DNA of 63,150 nt, filler included, from Octopus bimaculoides (GCF_001194135.2; 5 parts of 5 records of this genome joined end to end with filler, not necessarily neighbours in it); one strand, 5' to 3'; shown: positions 26,075 through 39,612, counted from the whole stretch's first letter. Numbers and translations are program-made. Notes: generated by a model not told the origin, from the sequence alone.

Positions 26075-26735
26075 AGTGAGCAAGACTTCTGTTTCTGTCT
26101 CTCTGTCACACTCTAACTGTTCACATTTAACACAAGAGCACCTCCTCCAATGCTTTCTCCCTTCTCAAAGATTTCTTGTCTTGCAAGTTACTTGGTGACC
26201 TAGCCAGTGCAGGTGCCACTTACAAAAGCATCCAGTCCACACTGTAAAGTGGTTGGCATTTGGAAGGGCATCCAGCTATAGAAACCATGCCAAAACTGAC
26301 CTCATCTGTGTTGGTGCCACTTAAAAAGCACTCAGTCCACTCTGCGGGGTGGCTGGTGTTAGGAAGGGCATCCAGCTGCCAAAACCGACTAAGAAGTATG
26401 GTGCAGCCTTCTGCCTGGCCAGCTCCTGTCAAGCCATCCAACCCATGCCAGCATGGAAGGAGAACATTAAACGATGGTGATGATAATGATCAAGCTGTAG
26501 AAACTATGCCAAAGATGATACTGGAGCCTAACACTGTCCTGCAGTTCACCATTTCCCTGTCAAACTGTCCTACACATGTCAGTATGGAGGGCAGTCATTA
26601 AATGATGATAAATGACGATAATATATGTATATATATANNNNNNNNNNCACTGTCCTGCAGTTCACCATTTCCCTGTCAAACTGTCCTACACATGTCAGTA
26701 TGGAGGGCAGTCATTAAAAGATGATAAATGACGAT
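26075..26735 (+). mobile_element. Cluster of RTE 3'UTR-type (family D) repeats
   Basis: Repeated ggaagggcatccagct motif, then aacccatgccagcatgg and GAT tails. Confidence 0.75.
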
Positions 26736-26743
26736 AATATATG

Positions 26744-26788
<45 letters not shown>

Positions 26789-26829
26789 ATGTATGTATGT
26801 ATGTATTTATGTGTATGTCCTTGTGTGTG

Positions 26830-27135
26830 TTGGTATGTTCCAATGGGAATGCAACATCTATGTGAAAATCTAGGGAGAAAAATTGGTCACATGATGAAGC
26901 AGATGTAGTGTCTAAGAGACAAATGCTGGGCATGGTCATGTGATGCATATGGATGCATGGGGATGTCAGTAACTGCATAAAGAAGTGCTGATTGCTTGAA
27001 GTGGATGGAACTTGCAGAAGGCATAGAACAAAGTAGTCAATGTTAATCTTAAGAAGTTGAGCCTCATGGTGGAAATGTCATTGGACTGAAATGATTGGTG
27101 TTTCTCTTTGCTCTTCAAGATCTTGCTTGTCATTG
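26830..27135 (+). mobile_element. Decayed RTE ORF C-terminus
   Basis: ggtcatgtgatgcatatggat...aactgcataaagaagtgc is homologous to 24930-24975. Confidence 0.6.
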
Positions 27136-28334
27136 CAAAAAGCGAGGCCCTAAAAGCATAAGGCTTATANNNNNNNNNNNNNNNNNNNNNNNNNNNNNNN
27201 NNNNNNNNNNNNNNNNNNNNNNNNNNNNNNNNNNNNNNNNNNNNNNNNNNNNNNNNNNNNNNNNNNNNNNNNNNNNNNNNNNNNNNNNNNNNNNNNNNNN
27301 NNNNNNNNNNNNNNNNNNNNNNNNNNNNNNNNNNNNNNNNNNNNNNNNNNNNNNNNNNNNNNNNNNNNNNNNNNNNNNNNNNNNNNNNNNNNNNNNNNNN
27401 NNNNNNNNNNNNNNNNNNNNNNNNNNNNNNNNNNNNNNNNNNNNNNNNNNNNNNNNNNNNNNNNNNNNNNNNNNNNNNNNNNNNNNNNNNNNNNNNNNNN
27501 NNNNNNNNNNNNNNNNNNNNNNNNNNNNNNNNNNNNNNNNNNNNNNNNNNNNNNNNNNNNNNNNNNNNNNNNNNNNNNNNNNNNNNNNNNNNNNNNNNNN
27601 NNNNNNNNNNNNNNNNNNNNNNNNNNNNNNNNNNNNNNNNNNNNNNNNNNNNNNNNNNNNNNNNNNNNNNNNNNNNNNNNNNNNNNNNNNNNNNNNNNNN
27701 NNNNNNNNNNNNNNNNNNNNNNNNNNNNNNNNNNNNNNNNNNNNNNNNNNNNNNNNNNNNNNNNNNNNNNNNNNNNNNNNNNNNNNNNNNNNNNNNNNNN
27801 NNNNNNNNNNNNNNNNNNNNNNNNNNNNNNNNNNNNNNNNNNNNNNNNNNNNNNNNNNNNNNNNNNNNNNNNNNNNNNNNNNNNNNNNNNNNNNNNNNNN
27901 NNNNNNNNNNNNNNNNNNNNNNNNNNNNNNNNNNNNNNNNNNNNNNNNNNNNNNNNNNNNNNNNNNNNNNNNNNNNNNNNNNNNNNNNNNNNNNNNNNNN
28001 NNNNNNNNNNNNNNNNNNNNNNNNNNNNNNNNNNNNNNNNNNNNNNNNNNNNNNNNNNNNNNNNNNNTATATATATATATATGTATTATATATGTATGAA
28101 TATATATATATATATATATATATACACTCATACATCATATACTGAAGTTGTACATAAATACATATATATATGTGGATGTGTAAAGAAACTTAAAAATACG
28201 CATACACATACATATTCACATATGCAGACATCCATACGGAGATATATTTCGTCTGACACACAGATACATCTGCATACACACATTGATCTGTGCATACATA
28301 CACACTATCTCACACTTAGCATCATTCTCAAACG

Positions 28335-28365
<31 letters not shown>

Positions 28366-28380
28366 CAGAATAATATATGA

Positions 28381-28480
28381 NNNNNNNNNNNNNNNNNNNN
28401 NNNNNNNNNNNNNNNNNNNNNNNNTTAATTAATTAANNNNNNNNNNNNNNNNNNNNNNNNNNNNNNNNNNNNNNNNNNNN
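28381..28480. other. Assembly join linker (44N-TTAATTAATTAA-44N)
   Basis: The 12-mer has stops in all six frames and sits in an exact 100-bp layout repeated four times in the window. Confidence 0.95.
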
Positions 28481-28501
28481 CTCCTCCTCCTCCTCCTCCT
28501 C

Positions 28502-28542
<41 letters not shown>

Positions 28543-28597
28543 GATATGGATAATGAGGATAATAATCATTATATTGATGATGTTGATGATGATTATA

Positions 28598-28642
<45 letters not shown>

Positions 28643-28671
28643 TTGAAGAACACGATGATGATGAAGAACAC

Positions 28672-28709
<38 letters not shown>

Positions 28710-28710
28710 G
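28481..28710. repeat. (CCT)n/(CTA)n/(GAT)n trinucleotide microsatellites
   Basis: Directly visible. Similar (GAT/CAT/CTT/TAG)n tracts occur at 9080-9815, 11420-11830, 35200-35985, 44220-44420, 45310-45530 and 50820-50910. Confidence 0.95.
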
Positions 28711-29016
28711 AAAATGGCCGTCAGTTCGTAAACCGCAACTACGACAACAGAAAGAGAAACAAAAGAAAATACAAAAAGATACCAAAAAAAGACGAAAAGA
28801 CAAAAAGACAACAGGACAATAAAACAATGAGAAAACAACAACAACAAAAGAAACAACAACAAAATAAATAAAACTTATAAACACATTTCCTGCCGTTAAT
28901 AGGATGTTTCTGTAAACAAACAGAGAATAGGGGAGTGTGTGGGGTGTGTAGGAGGCGGTGGGAATATGAGATTTTATTAACGAGATTAAACCACGTAAAG
29001 AGATATTTCATTCAAT

Positions 29017-29060
29017 ATGGCGGCTAACAACGTTTTACTCGACAACCTGAAAAGACGAAT
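29017..29060 (+). CDS. Candidate first coding exon MAANNVLLDNLKRR(I/M)
   Basis: caatATGGCG start, 14 codons + 2 nt, then a GTATGA donor. The next exon was not found. Confidence 0.25.
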
Positions 29061-29337
29061 GTATGATTCATTAGTTTAGCTGATGTAACAGTGCGGAATA
29101 AGAAGTTAGACACACTGTTGGAGATAGGAACACAAACACTCACTCACACAGTTTGGTAGTGGCGTATTTGTGGCTATATGTAAACGGGATACATGTATAT
29201 GCACACACACATACATATAAATATATACACACACACGCAATACTCCAACGTATATACATATATATATATATATATATATACATATACATACAAACATATA
29301 TACTCATACAAAAACACTTCATGAGCGATATATATGT

Positions 29338-29414
<77 letters not shown>

Positions 29415-29671
29415 GCGTATATGTATTCATGTATATATGTGTGTGTGTGTACATGTATTCATATATATGTGTACATATGTGTATGTGTGTGTGGATTCAC
29501 TATGAGGGTATTTAAACCTCTTCCAGGGATAGTTTCATCCAAGATACCCTAGTTTAATATATCATATTTTGAAGAGATATTTCTTCAATAAATACATTAT
29601 AAAACATCAAATATTATGAATAGGTTTGTAGATGGAGAGATTCAATGGATATGAATTAATTAATTAATTAA

Positions 29672-29841
29672 CACCGCCTACAATCGTTTCACTTTTCACT
29701 CAATTTAAATTCCGAAACATATATGATAATATAAATCTTCATTTTGAGTATCGGCCCAGGATGCTCAAAATGCAAACTAAATATTATCATATTTGTTTTG
29801 AAATTTAAATTGAGTGAGAAGTGAAACAATTGTAGGCGATG
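29672..29841. mobile_element. 170-bp fully palindromic MITE flanked by TTAA (piggyBac-like)
   Basis: TTAA|CACCGCCTACAATCGTTTCACTT ... AAGTGAAACAATTGTAGGCGATG|TTAA. Arms of ~82 bp are roughly 80-85% complementary by eye. Confidence 0.8.
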
Positions 29842-30886
29842 TTAATCGATTTATAAATTAACTTACATCCATTGGATCTCTCCATTTTCAAACTTATATA
29901 GTCTTGAAATATTTCGTTGACTTGTCATAATGGAGTTATCAACCTTGAGTATTTTAGAAAGAATTTTGTTCTCTTGTATCTTGAATAATGCTGTTCGAGA
30001 TTTTCAACATACATTATTAGATATGTGAGATAATGCTGTATTTATAATAAGCTATTAACTATTGCTGTTTCTATGATTATAATAATAAATTACTAGTCGT
30101 CATCAACAATCCTCTAACTCAACTAAACAATCGTCGCTAATTTCACTTCTATCCGTCGCCATCATCGAATGTAACCTCGTTTTGTGAGTTTCGAGACACT
30201 ATGGCGTCTCTTTCCTCATATCTCCCTAGAAATTTAACCAATCTGTAACTATGATTAGAATAAAATCCTATCGATTAGGCGAAATCATGAAAAATTATCA
30301 TTGATCCGGTATCTATGTGAATATATTTCTTTTCCAAAAACTGAAAAACCAACAAAATTATTTCGATTATTTTGCGAATAAAACAACGAGAAACAAAGAA
30401 AATGCGATGCAAATCAGAAAAAGGAGAAATCGAATATAAAAGTTATCGATGAATCAATAAACTACATTCATGTGACTTTCTGAATGATTCAAGATTATTA
30501 TAGATTTGGACCTGTGTGATATAGATTCTGTATGTTTCGATATATGGTGTTCAATACTTGTATTGTGAGTGTTGCTAATGTTGCAATCATAAGCAGGAAA
30601 AAAAGTATAAAAAGGTTGATCTCATATATATATACATTTACTGTACAGACACACAGACACACAGACACACAGACGCACACACACACACGCGCGCGCGCAG
30701 ACACACAAACACACATCACACCACATGCACACATGCACATATATACATAGTTTGGACGCAATGGAAGAATACAAACAAATGTGTATTTACATAGATTCTG
30801 CCATTTTGGAGATGTGGACGGGCAGTGACTTCGTTTTCGCTCAGTGCTTGTGATAGTAGCACCATAAGCACCAGATTATATATATA

Positions 30887-31009
<123 letters not shown>

Positions 31010-31274
31010 CAATAGCCAGCTGGAGGAGATGTCTTCCTGGGGCTACAAGTTACAGTAGCATCGGCGCTTAAGGGCTAGCCACATTTTGGTGGCAAATATA
31101 CTTCACGATATATATATATATATATATACATATGCACACACCTATGTGTTTCTATCCATATACATATATACAAATATGTAATTATGCATACATGCATACA
31201 TACATACACGTGTGTATGTGTGTATGTGTGTGTATGTAAAAGCGCCTGAGCTTGTGGTAACGCTGTTGCACCCA

Positions 31275-31560
31275 CATCGCCCCTAACATCTGACCACCTA
31301 ACACCCCAGACTCCAACCCCATTTGTTATTATGTAGGGGGCGCAGTTGGACGAGAGACGAACAGAACTTGTAACATCAGATATGAACTGAAGGCACGGAT
31401 TATGACAGCATTCACCAACTTAAACAGGGAGACCGTCCAGAAGAGCTGCAGGAGATTCCGAAGTCGTCTGGAGGCCACGGTTGAAGCCAATGACGATTTC
31501 ATTGAATAAATTTACTCTTTAGTATTTCAAGTTATTTTTATGTAACTTTGGTAAATATAT
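31275..31560 (+). mobile_element. Tc1/mariner transposase C-terminal fragment
   Basis: Degenerate WPPNSPDxNP motif (I*PPNTPDSNP), then YVGGAVGRET...ELKARIMTAFTNLNRETVQKSCRRFRSRLEATVEANDDFIE*. Confidence 0.8.
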
Positions 31561-31598
31561 CTGTTAAAATACCTGTTAATTATATATATATATGTATG

Positions 31599-31648
<50 letters not shown>

Positions 31649-31666
31649 TACATAAATATCTACTTG

Positions 31667-31711
<45 letters not shown>

Positions 31712-32262
31712 ATCACGTATTTTTGCAAAATTTTTAAGTATGCGTGTGTGGATGTGTGTGTATTCATTCAAACATTGTTATTACAATAAAAACAACAATA
31801 AAAGACTAACGGCATCAACGAAATCAATACGAAACGTAGGAAAATACAACGATTGTCGCTTTTACAAATGAACACGTATGAATTATTTCCCTTTTGTGGA
31901 ACTCTTCACTGAAATTCTCTTAACCCCACCTACCTTCTCTCCAATATTTTCCACTTATCTCTAACCTCGCCTTATCATTTCCAGATAATGTTATGTAGAA
32001 ATTCTCCAATATACGCATGCATTAAATGTGCACAAATATCATTGTGCATCTATATTGCACTCAGAAACGTTATTTAGATACCAGGGAAAATCTATAGAAT
32101 AAGTAGAGACGTTTACAATATGATAGCTTATTCTTGCTATCTGCAGCCAATTTGGCATCAATCTTTACTTCTCTGTCTGTTTGTCTTTTCAATTTTACTC
32201 TCAAACACATTTATACTGTCTATATATGTGCTGTATATTTATTTGTACTAGTATTTATGCAT

Positions 32263-32311
<49 letters not shown>

Positions 32312-32588
32312 GGTGTGTGCGGTATGACAAACTATACAGTTCGCTTTATTACCAGCTACTTACTGCTGGTATATAGATACACAACGCTCATTATATACAC
32401 CACTTATCGTTCATATCTATATTTTATAAATCAGCTTTCAATTGTAGCATTCATATATCCTATGCCACACACAGAAGCACACAAACATACATCAGTGAAG
32501 AGACGATTATCAAAACTGTATGTATTTATATACACAATCACATGCACACATGTACAATCGCACCTCCATCAATTCGTGAGTGTGTGTG

Positions 32589-32654
<66 letters not shown>

Positions 32655-32658
<4 letters not shown>

Positions 32659-32889
32659 CAGATTTAAACCACATGAGAGAACGCATTACCACTCAGTGTG
32701 CTGAAATTGATGGAAATGTTGACTTATTTAATCGAGTTCACATGAATTTTGCAAGGTGCATCAAGTTATTCATTGAAAATGATGGAAATCATTTTGAAAA
32801 TGTTATTAACATTATAATTAAATAAAATTGTTTTGTTTTAAAAGTATGTGTTAATCCCCATGTACCCAGACTTTGTGGACACCCTGTAT
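32655..32889 (+). mobile_element. Tc1/mariner right end (transposase C-terminus, TIR, TA)
   Basis: DLNHMRERITTQC...CIKLFIENDGNHFEN, then ...gactttgtggacaccctg|TA. Confidence 0.75.
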
Positions 32890-33669
32890 ATATATATATA
32901 TNNNNNNNNNNNNNNNNNNNNNNNNNNNNNNNNNNNNNNNNNNNNNNNNNNNNNNNNNNNNNNNNNNNNNNNNNNNNNNNNNNNNNNNNNNNNNNNNNNN
33001 NNNNNNNNNNNNNNNNNNNNNNNNNNNNNNNNNNNNNNNNNNNNNNNNNNNNNNNNNNNNNNNNNNNNNNNNNNNNNNNNNNNNNNNNNNNNNNNNNNNN
33101 NNNNNNNNNNNNNNNNNNNNNNNNNNNNNNNNNNNNNNNNNNNNNNNNNNNNNNNNNNNNNNNNNNNNNNNNNNNNNNNNNNNNNNNNNNNNNNNNNNNN
33201 NNNNNNNNNNNNNNNNNNNNNNNNNNNNNNNNNNNNNNNNNNNNNNNNNNNNNNNNNNNNNNNNNNNNNNNNNNNNNNNNNNNNNNNNNNNNNNNNNNNN
33301 NNNNNNNNNNNNNNNNNNNNNNNNNNNNNNNNNNNNNNNNNNNNNNNNNNNNNNNNNNNNNNNNNNNNNNNNNNNNNNNNNNNNNNNNNNNNNNNNNNNN
33401 NNNNNNNNNNNNNNNNNNNNNNNNNNNNNNNNNNNNNNNNNNNNNNNNNNNNNNNNNNNNNNNNNNNNNNNNNNNNNNNNNNNNNNNNNNNNNNNNNNNN
33501 NNNNNNNNNNNNNNNNNNNNNNNNNNNNNNNNNNNNNNNNNNNNNNNNNNNNNNNNNNNNNNNNNNNNNNNNNNNNNNNNNNNNNNNNNNNNNNNNNNNN
33601 NNNNNNNNNNNNNNNNNNNNNNNNNNNNNNNNNNNNNNNNNNNNNNNNNNNNNNNNNNNNNNNNNNNNN

Positions 33670-33735
<66 letters not shown>

Positions 33736-33772
33736 ACACGCCCCCCCACACACGTATATATATATTTATATA

Positions 33773-33790
33773 ATGGCGGTAAACGAATTG
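33773..33790 (+). CDS. Candidate micro first exon MAVNEL
   Basis: ataATGGCGGTAAACGAATTG followed by a perfect GTAAGT donor. Upstream is microsatellite and gap. Confidence 0.2.
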
Positions 33791-33990
33791 GTAAGTATGA
33801 GAGCAAAGCAATGACATATGTAACTGGAATTATAAATGTGTGTAAATACATTCATAGATAGAGGCACAATATATAAGACGACATATTTGAATAACTACAA
33901 TGTGCCTATGGGAAACGAAAAATGGAGGCAGATATATGCATTACGTGTCTGTGTGTACCTATATATATTTATGTGTGTGTGTGAGTATAA

Positions 33991-34061
<71 letters not shown>

Positions 34062-34243
34062 AATATATATATATACACGTGCACGTTATATAAATCTATA
34101 TGTAATATATACCTATACATATATATATGAGTGTGTGTGTGTGTGTGCGTGTGTGTGTGAGTGAGTGTGTATGTGTGTGAATCATCCTTTCGCTTCACTG
34201 GACAGTATTCGACACCCCACCAGGTGAATTATAACGAGTTTGG

Positions 34244-34273
34244 TTAGGGTTAGGGTTAGGGTTAGGGTTAGGG
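34244..34273 (+). repeat. Interstitial telomere-type repeat (TTAGGG)5
   Basis: Five perfect units; could form a G-quadruplex. Confidence 0.95.
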
Positions 34274-34353
34274 AGAAATATAAACATCGGTATTATTCAG
34301 AAGATTGAATGTGTGTCTCACCTTGCTAACTATCAGCCACAGAAGGAAACAAA

Positions 34354-34398
34354 GGACCACTGATGAGGTCACAGAAGTGTGACGAAAGAACTCTGGCC
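34354..34398 (+). ncRNA. Minimal type-I hammerhead ribozyme candidate (Penelope-type)
   Basis: GGACCA-CTGATGA-G-GTCACA-gaag-TGTGAC-GAAA-G-aa-C-TC|TGGCC. Intact core, perfect 6-bp stem II, 2-bp stem III, CUC cleavage triplet, stem I of 5 bp with one bulge. Confidence 0.6.
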
Positions 34399-34831
34399 GA
34401 AATAAGATTAAGATTAATGTAATATAAAGCTGAAGCAAATTAACACCAAATATACAGTGCGTGTGTTTTTATTGGCTAAACTGGCAATATGATCATCCCC
34501 AAGTACAACAACATCTGTTTCAACACACGATTTCACATCAGAAATCTTGCAAAACAAATNNNNNNNNNNNNNNNNNNNNNNNNNNNNNNNNNNNNNNNNN
34601 NNNNNNNNNNNNNNNNNNNNNNNNNNNNNNNNNNNNNNNNNNNNNNNNNNNNNNNNNNNNNNNNNNNNNNNNNNNNNNNNNNNNNNNNNNNNNNNNNNNN
34701 NNNNNNNNNNNNNNNNNNNNNNNNNNNNNNNNNNNNNNNNNNNNNNNNNNNNNNNNNNNNNNNNNNNNNNNNNNNNNNNNNNNNNNNNNNNNNNNNNNNN
34801 NNNNNNNNNNNNNNNNNNNNNGATATACATA

Positions 34832-34907
<76 letters not shown>

Positions 34908-35253
34908 TGTCTGCATATTCTGTGTGAGCGTTGGTATGTTCACATGTAGGTCTATTCGTAACCATGTATAAGCAAGTATGTATCTTAATGTCATTCTGCA
35001 GGAAGATCTTTAAGTAGTAGAACAACAACAACAACAACATAAATAGCAAGAACAAAACGCGAAAAAAAAAAAGAAAAAAGAAAAGAGTTCTTAAGAGGAA
35101 GACATCTATTTTGACGTTGTTATCACAATCCTCATCATTGCCATTGTCATCGTCGTCTTCGGAATCGTCGCCATCTTCCCTCTTCCCTCTTTCCTCTCAA
35201 CCGCCTCTATCATCGTCATCATCATCATCATCATCATCATTATCACCACCACC

Positions 35254-35287
<34 letters not shown>

Positions 35288-35995
35288 TTATAATAATAAT
35301 AATAATCAATGTTAATGAACATGAAAATCATCACAGTCATAATAAGCAATAAACATCATTATGAAGATCTTCTTCTTCTTCTTCTTCTTCTTGTTCTTCT
35401 TCTTCTTCTTCTTCTTTTCCTTCTTCTTCTTCTTCTTCTTCTTCTTCTTCTTCTCCTTCTTCTTCTTCTTCTTCTTCTCCTCCTCCTCCTTCTTCTTCTT
35501 CTTCTTCTTCTTCTCCTCCTCCTCCTCCTCCTCGTCCTCCTTTTCTTCTTCTACTTCTTCTTCGTCATCATCATCATTTCCTTCTTTCACATGCTGATCC
35601 TCGTTCTCTACTTCTGCCTCCCATTCTTCCTTCGCCTCCACTTTGTCCTTCGCCTCCACTTCTTTCTTCCTCCACTTCTTCTTCCTCTACCTACACAAAT
35701 CCACCACCACCACTGCTAGTACTCTCTTCATCACCTTCATCATCTTCATCATCATCATCAACAACAACATCACCATCAAAATCATTTTCAACACCACCGC
35801 GATCATGATCATCGCAATACCCAAACCCACCCCCACCCTCCACCATCATCACAATCATCTTCAACATGATGATGATCATCATCATCCTTGTAAGAAACGC
35901 CACCACCACCACCACCACCACCACCACCATCACCATCATCACCATCATCATCATCATCCTCATCATCATCATCGCCATCGCAATCNNNNNNNNNN

Positions 35996-36046
<51 letters not shown>

Positions 36047-36417
36047 TGTATATAAATATATATATATATATATGTACATATATGTATATAAATATTTATG
36101 TATATATGTATATATATATATGTGTGTGTGTATGTGTGTGTATGTGTATGTATATTGATGTATGTATGTATATATGTGTATATATATATTTGTATAAACA
36201 GCAATTTTATATCCTGCATTTTACACTTTGTTCACAGTCAACATAATTATATTCCGCATACTGAAGGTAATGTATGCCTATATATACACATATAAATACA
36301 TACGCACATCCATACATAAATATATGATATATATATATATTCATATATATACATATATATACACATACACACACAAAGATACACGTACACAGACACACAC
36401 ACATATATATATATACG

Positions 36418-36454
<37 letters not shown>

Positions 36455-36472
36455 ATATATATATATATATAT

Positions 36473-36572
36473 NNNNNNNNNNNNNNNNNNNNNNNNNNNN
36501 NNNNNNNNNNNNNNNNTTAATTAATTAANNNNNNNNNNNNNNNNNNNNNNNNNNNNNNNNNNNNNNNNNNNN
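36473..36572. other. Assembly join linker
   Basis: 44N-TTAATTAATTAA-44N. Confidence 0.95.
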
Positions 36573-37261
36573 TATAGAAAATTAATAAGTAAAAGCACAA
36601 TAAATAAGTATAATATAATACAAAGTAAATATCATAAGATAATGATAATAAGACGACTACACGTGTTTCATAACCAAATTTTCAAATAGAAAAAAATATT
36701 TAAATCGATTAAAACTATCGAAAATCAATTCTATTCAAAAATATAGCTAATCTTCAGTTCAAATTACAACAATAATAATACTAAAAGAATGTATATATCA
36801 ACCAATAATAAATAACAAATGAATGTATATAAAATACTTATCATATTAAGATAGAAAAATATTATTAAAAATATTAAAATTATAAACGTTCCATAATTAA
36901 CTTTACGTTTATTATAATATAAACTAACATACATAATATACATACATGCGTGCATGCATACATACATACATACATACATACATACATACATGTACAGTCA
37001 TATATCTGTATAAATATTTATTGTATATATATTTATAAATGCGTATATATATATGTATTCATATATTTATATAATATGTGTGTGTTAATGTATATGTAAT
37101 GTTTACTTGTTTTCTTTACGTAATTCCCTCTCTCTATCCACTCACGCAACCGTCACCAACATACGCAGATATAACTGTTGTATACTTCCGCCTAAAACGT
37201 TATAAAAATTACAAACAAGGATAATCTCACAATTAGGTCGATGCACCAGAGGACTCATTGG

Positions 37262-37910
37262 GGATCTATTTTAAAACGGGGGCACCAGTATTTTCTTAAC
37301 GAAACACTAACGAAACACGTTGAAACTTGGGACACTGGTAAAATGTGTCATATAAAACATCTTTTACTCTTATTCTTCTTAACAAAAAAATGTACATCGC
37401 AAGTTATTCCATGTTGAAGTTGTCGTATTTCTGTAATTTCAACCAATCACTGACGTCTATTCAGCTGAATAGAGTTACTGCTGGGCGGTCATAAAAATGT
37501 TATTCCCTGTGACATATTTCATCCGGTTTAATCGTAATTTATACGCATATATTGTTTATATAATAAATTACGCTGTGCGTATCTGTGTGTGTAACAATTT
37601 TAGAGTTCGGATTCTAGAGTCAGGGTTAGTTTTAGGGTTAGGGTTACGGTTAACAGTCTAGTTAGGGTTAGGGGATTAATACGATATACACCGTTACAGC
37701 GCTAACTGTTTTCAACTGAATAGACGTCAGTGATTAGTAGAAATTATCGAAATAAGACAATTTTTTACATGAAATAAATTCGAATACAAAATTTTTTTTC
37801 TGTTCTATAACACAAAATAGATAAGTATACGAAGTTTGAAAGTCTTTCGGTATCAAAAACACTAAATAAAACATAAATGAAAACTGGTGCCCCCGTTTTA
37901 AAATAGATCC
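37262..37910. mobile_element. Non-autonomous DNA transposon (Merlin-like MITE, ~650 bp) with a central TTAGGG-rich core
   Basis: Perfect 28-bp TIR GGATCTATTTTAAAACGGGGGCACCAGT and 8-bp TSD CTCATTGG on both sides. Internal inverted arms (aatcactgacgtctattca / tgaatagacgtcagtgatt). Degenerate TTAGGG at 37620-37675. Confidence 0.85.
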
Positions 37911-38837
37911 CTCATTGGGGAAAAAGTTCTCGTGGATATTTTTATTTAATACCCAGTTAGCAAAGTAGTTTAGATGTCTACAATATTGAAAGTATGGTGG
38001 CCGGAAATGACAACAGTGATATCCCTTGATTTCATGCTAACGATCTATATAACGTAACTAGCGTATAGGAACGCACATATATTTTATATAAGACGAAAAC
38101 AAGCACATTTAGATGGATATACTATGTTGCAGTGATGTACTTAACTGCTTTTTCTGAAATTCTTTAGGTATCACTCGAAGGTACTATACAATTAGGTACC
38201 TATGGATTCGACTTAATGAGGGAGTCGTTTGAATAAAATTCAGGGATCTCACTAGGTGTCTTTATATTCCGTTTATGAAATTATGAGGTATTACTGTCGT
38301 CATTTCCGATCAATTTAATCTCATTTTTAAATCCCTAAACCGTTTACTAACGTAACTCCACCACTCCAAAAAAAAAAAAAAAAACACAGCAAAAGAATAA
38401 ACAAAAAAAAAGAAAGAAAAACTAGCAAAAAAAAACATAAAAAGGCTTTTACAAAATTAGAGGCTTTTCTTTTGTCCTTTTTTTCTTTATATCATTTTAG
38501 AGAATTTGTCAGAGAGCGGTTACATTTTCGAAATCAGGGACCACATGTGTTAGGAAAACGGTTAGGAAAAAGGGATAGGCAAATATAATAAGCATGAAGA
38601 TGGTTCGAATCTTATTACGCGGTGACTAATTTTGGGCAGTAGGAAACAAATCTACTTTTGTAAGTATATTATCTTATGCACACGCGTGTGTGTGTGTATG
38701 TATGTGTGTGTGTATATATAAATATATTTGAATGAATGAATGTATGTATGTATGTATGTATGTACGTACGTACGTACGTACGTACGTATGTATTTATCTA
38801 TCTATCCATTCGTTTATCCATGTATGCATGTATGTAT

Positions 38838-38868
<31 letters not shown>

Positions 38869-38884
38869 GTATCTATACACACAC

Positions 38885-38947
<63 letters not shown>

Positions 38948-39109
38948 CATATGTGTATACTCCCTAACCTCGCGGTTAGGGAGTCAGCACCATGATCGTA
39001 AGACACACGCACGCATACACACATATAATTCTATGTATGCTTGGCTGTGTGTGTGTGTGCGCGCGTTTCGATATAATCACTAGTTTACAAGGACTAAGTT
39101 CATATAATT

Positions 39110-39293
39110 CAGTGCTCCGCAACAGGTATGCTGCGGCACACTAGCGTGCCACGAGACGAAGCTAGGTGGGCCGCAATATAACCTGATTATAATTGTTCCC
39201 CCTATACTTTTATTTTTATTTTTATTTCAGGTGTGCCGTCGAATTTTGAGAGGAATATGTGTACCATAAATGAGAAAAGGTTGCGGAGCACTG
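39110..39293. mobile_element. hAT-family MITE (184 bp)
   Basis: 14-bp TIR CAGTGCTCCGCAAC. Flanks ATATAATT / ATATAACC are a 6/8 match to an 8-bp TSD. Confidence 0.8.
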
Positions 39294-39379
39294 ATATAAC
39301 CCACTATGCTCTCTACGCGGTGCCACAGCTTGGCCACAACCCAATGAACGCTTCTGTGGCTAGCTACTTCAAGTAGATT

Positions 39380-39569
39380 CTTATATTCTTTTATTCTTTT
39401 ATTTGTTTCAGTCATTTGACTGCGGTCATGCTGGAGCACCGTCTTTAGTCGAACAAATCGACCCCAGGACTCATTCTTTGCAAGCCTACTACTTATTCTA
39501 TCGGTTACGCTAAATTACGGGGACGTAAACACACCAACATCGGTTGTCAAGCGATGGTGTGGGGGACAA

Positions 39570-39612
<43 letters not shown>

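Noticed and set aside
26520-26750. ~105-bp direct repeat flanking a 10-N gap
   Set aside because: Near-identical sequence on both sides of a gap is most likely an unmerged contig overlap.
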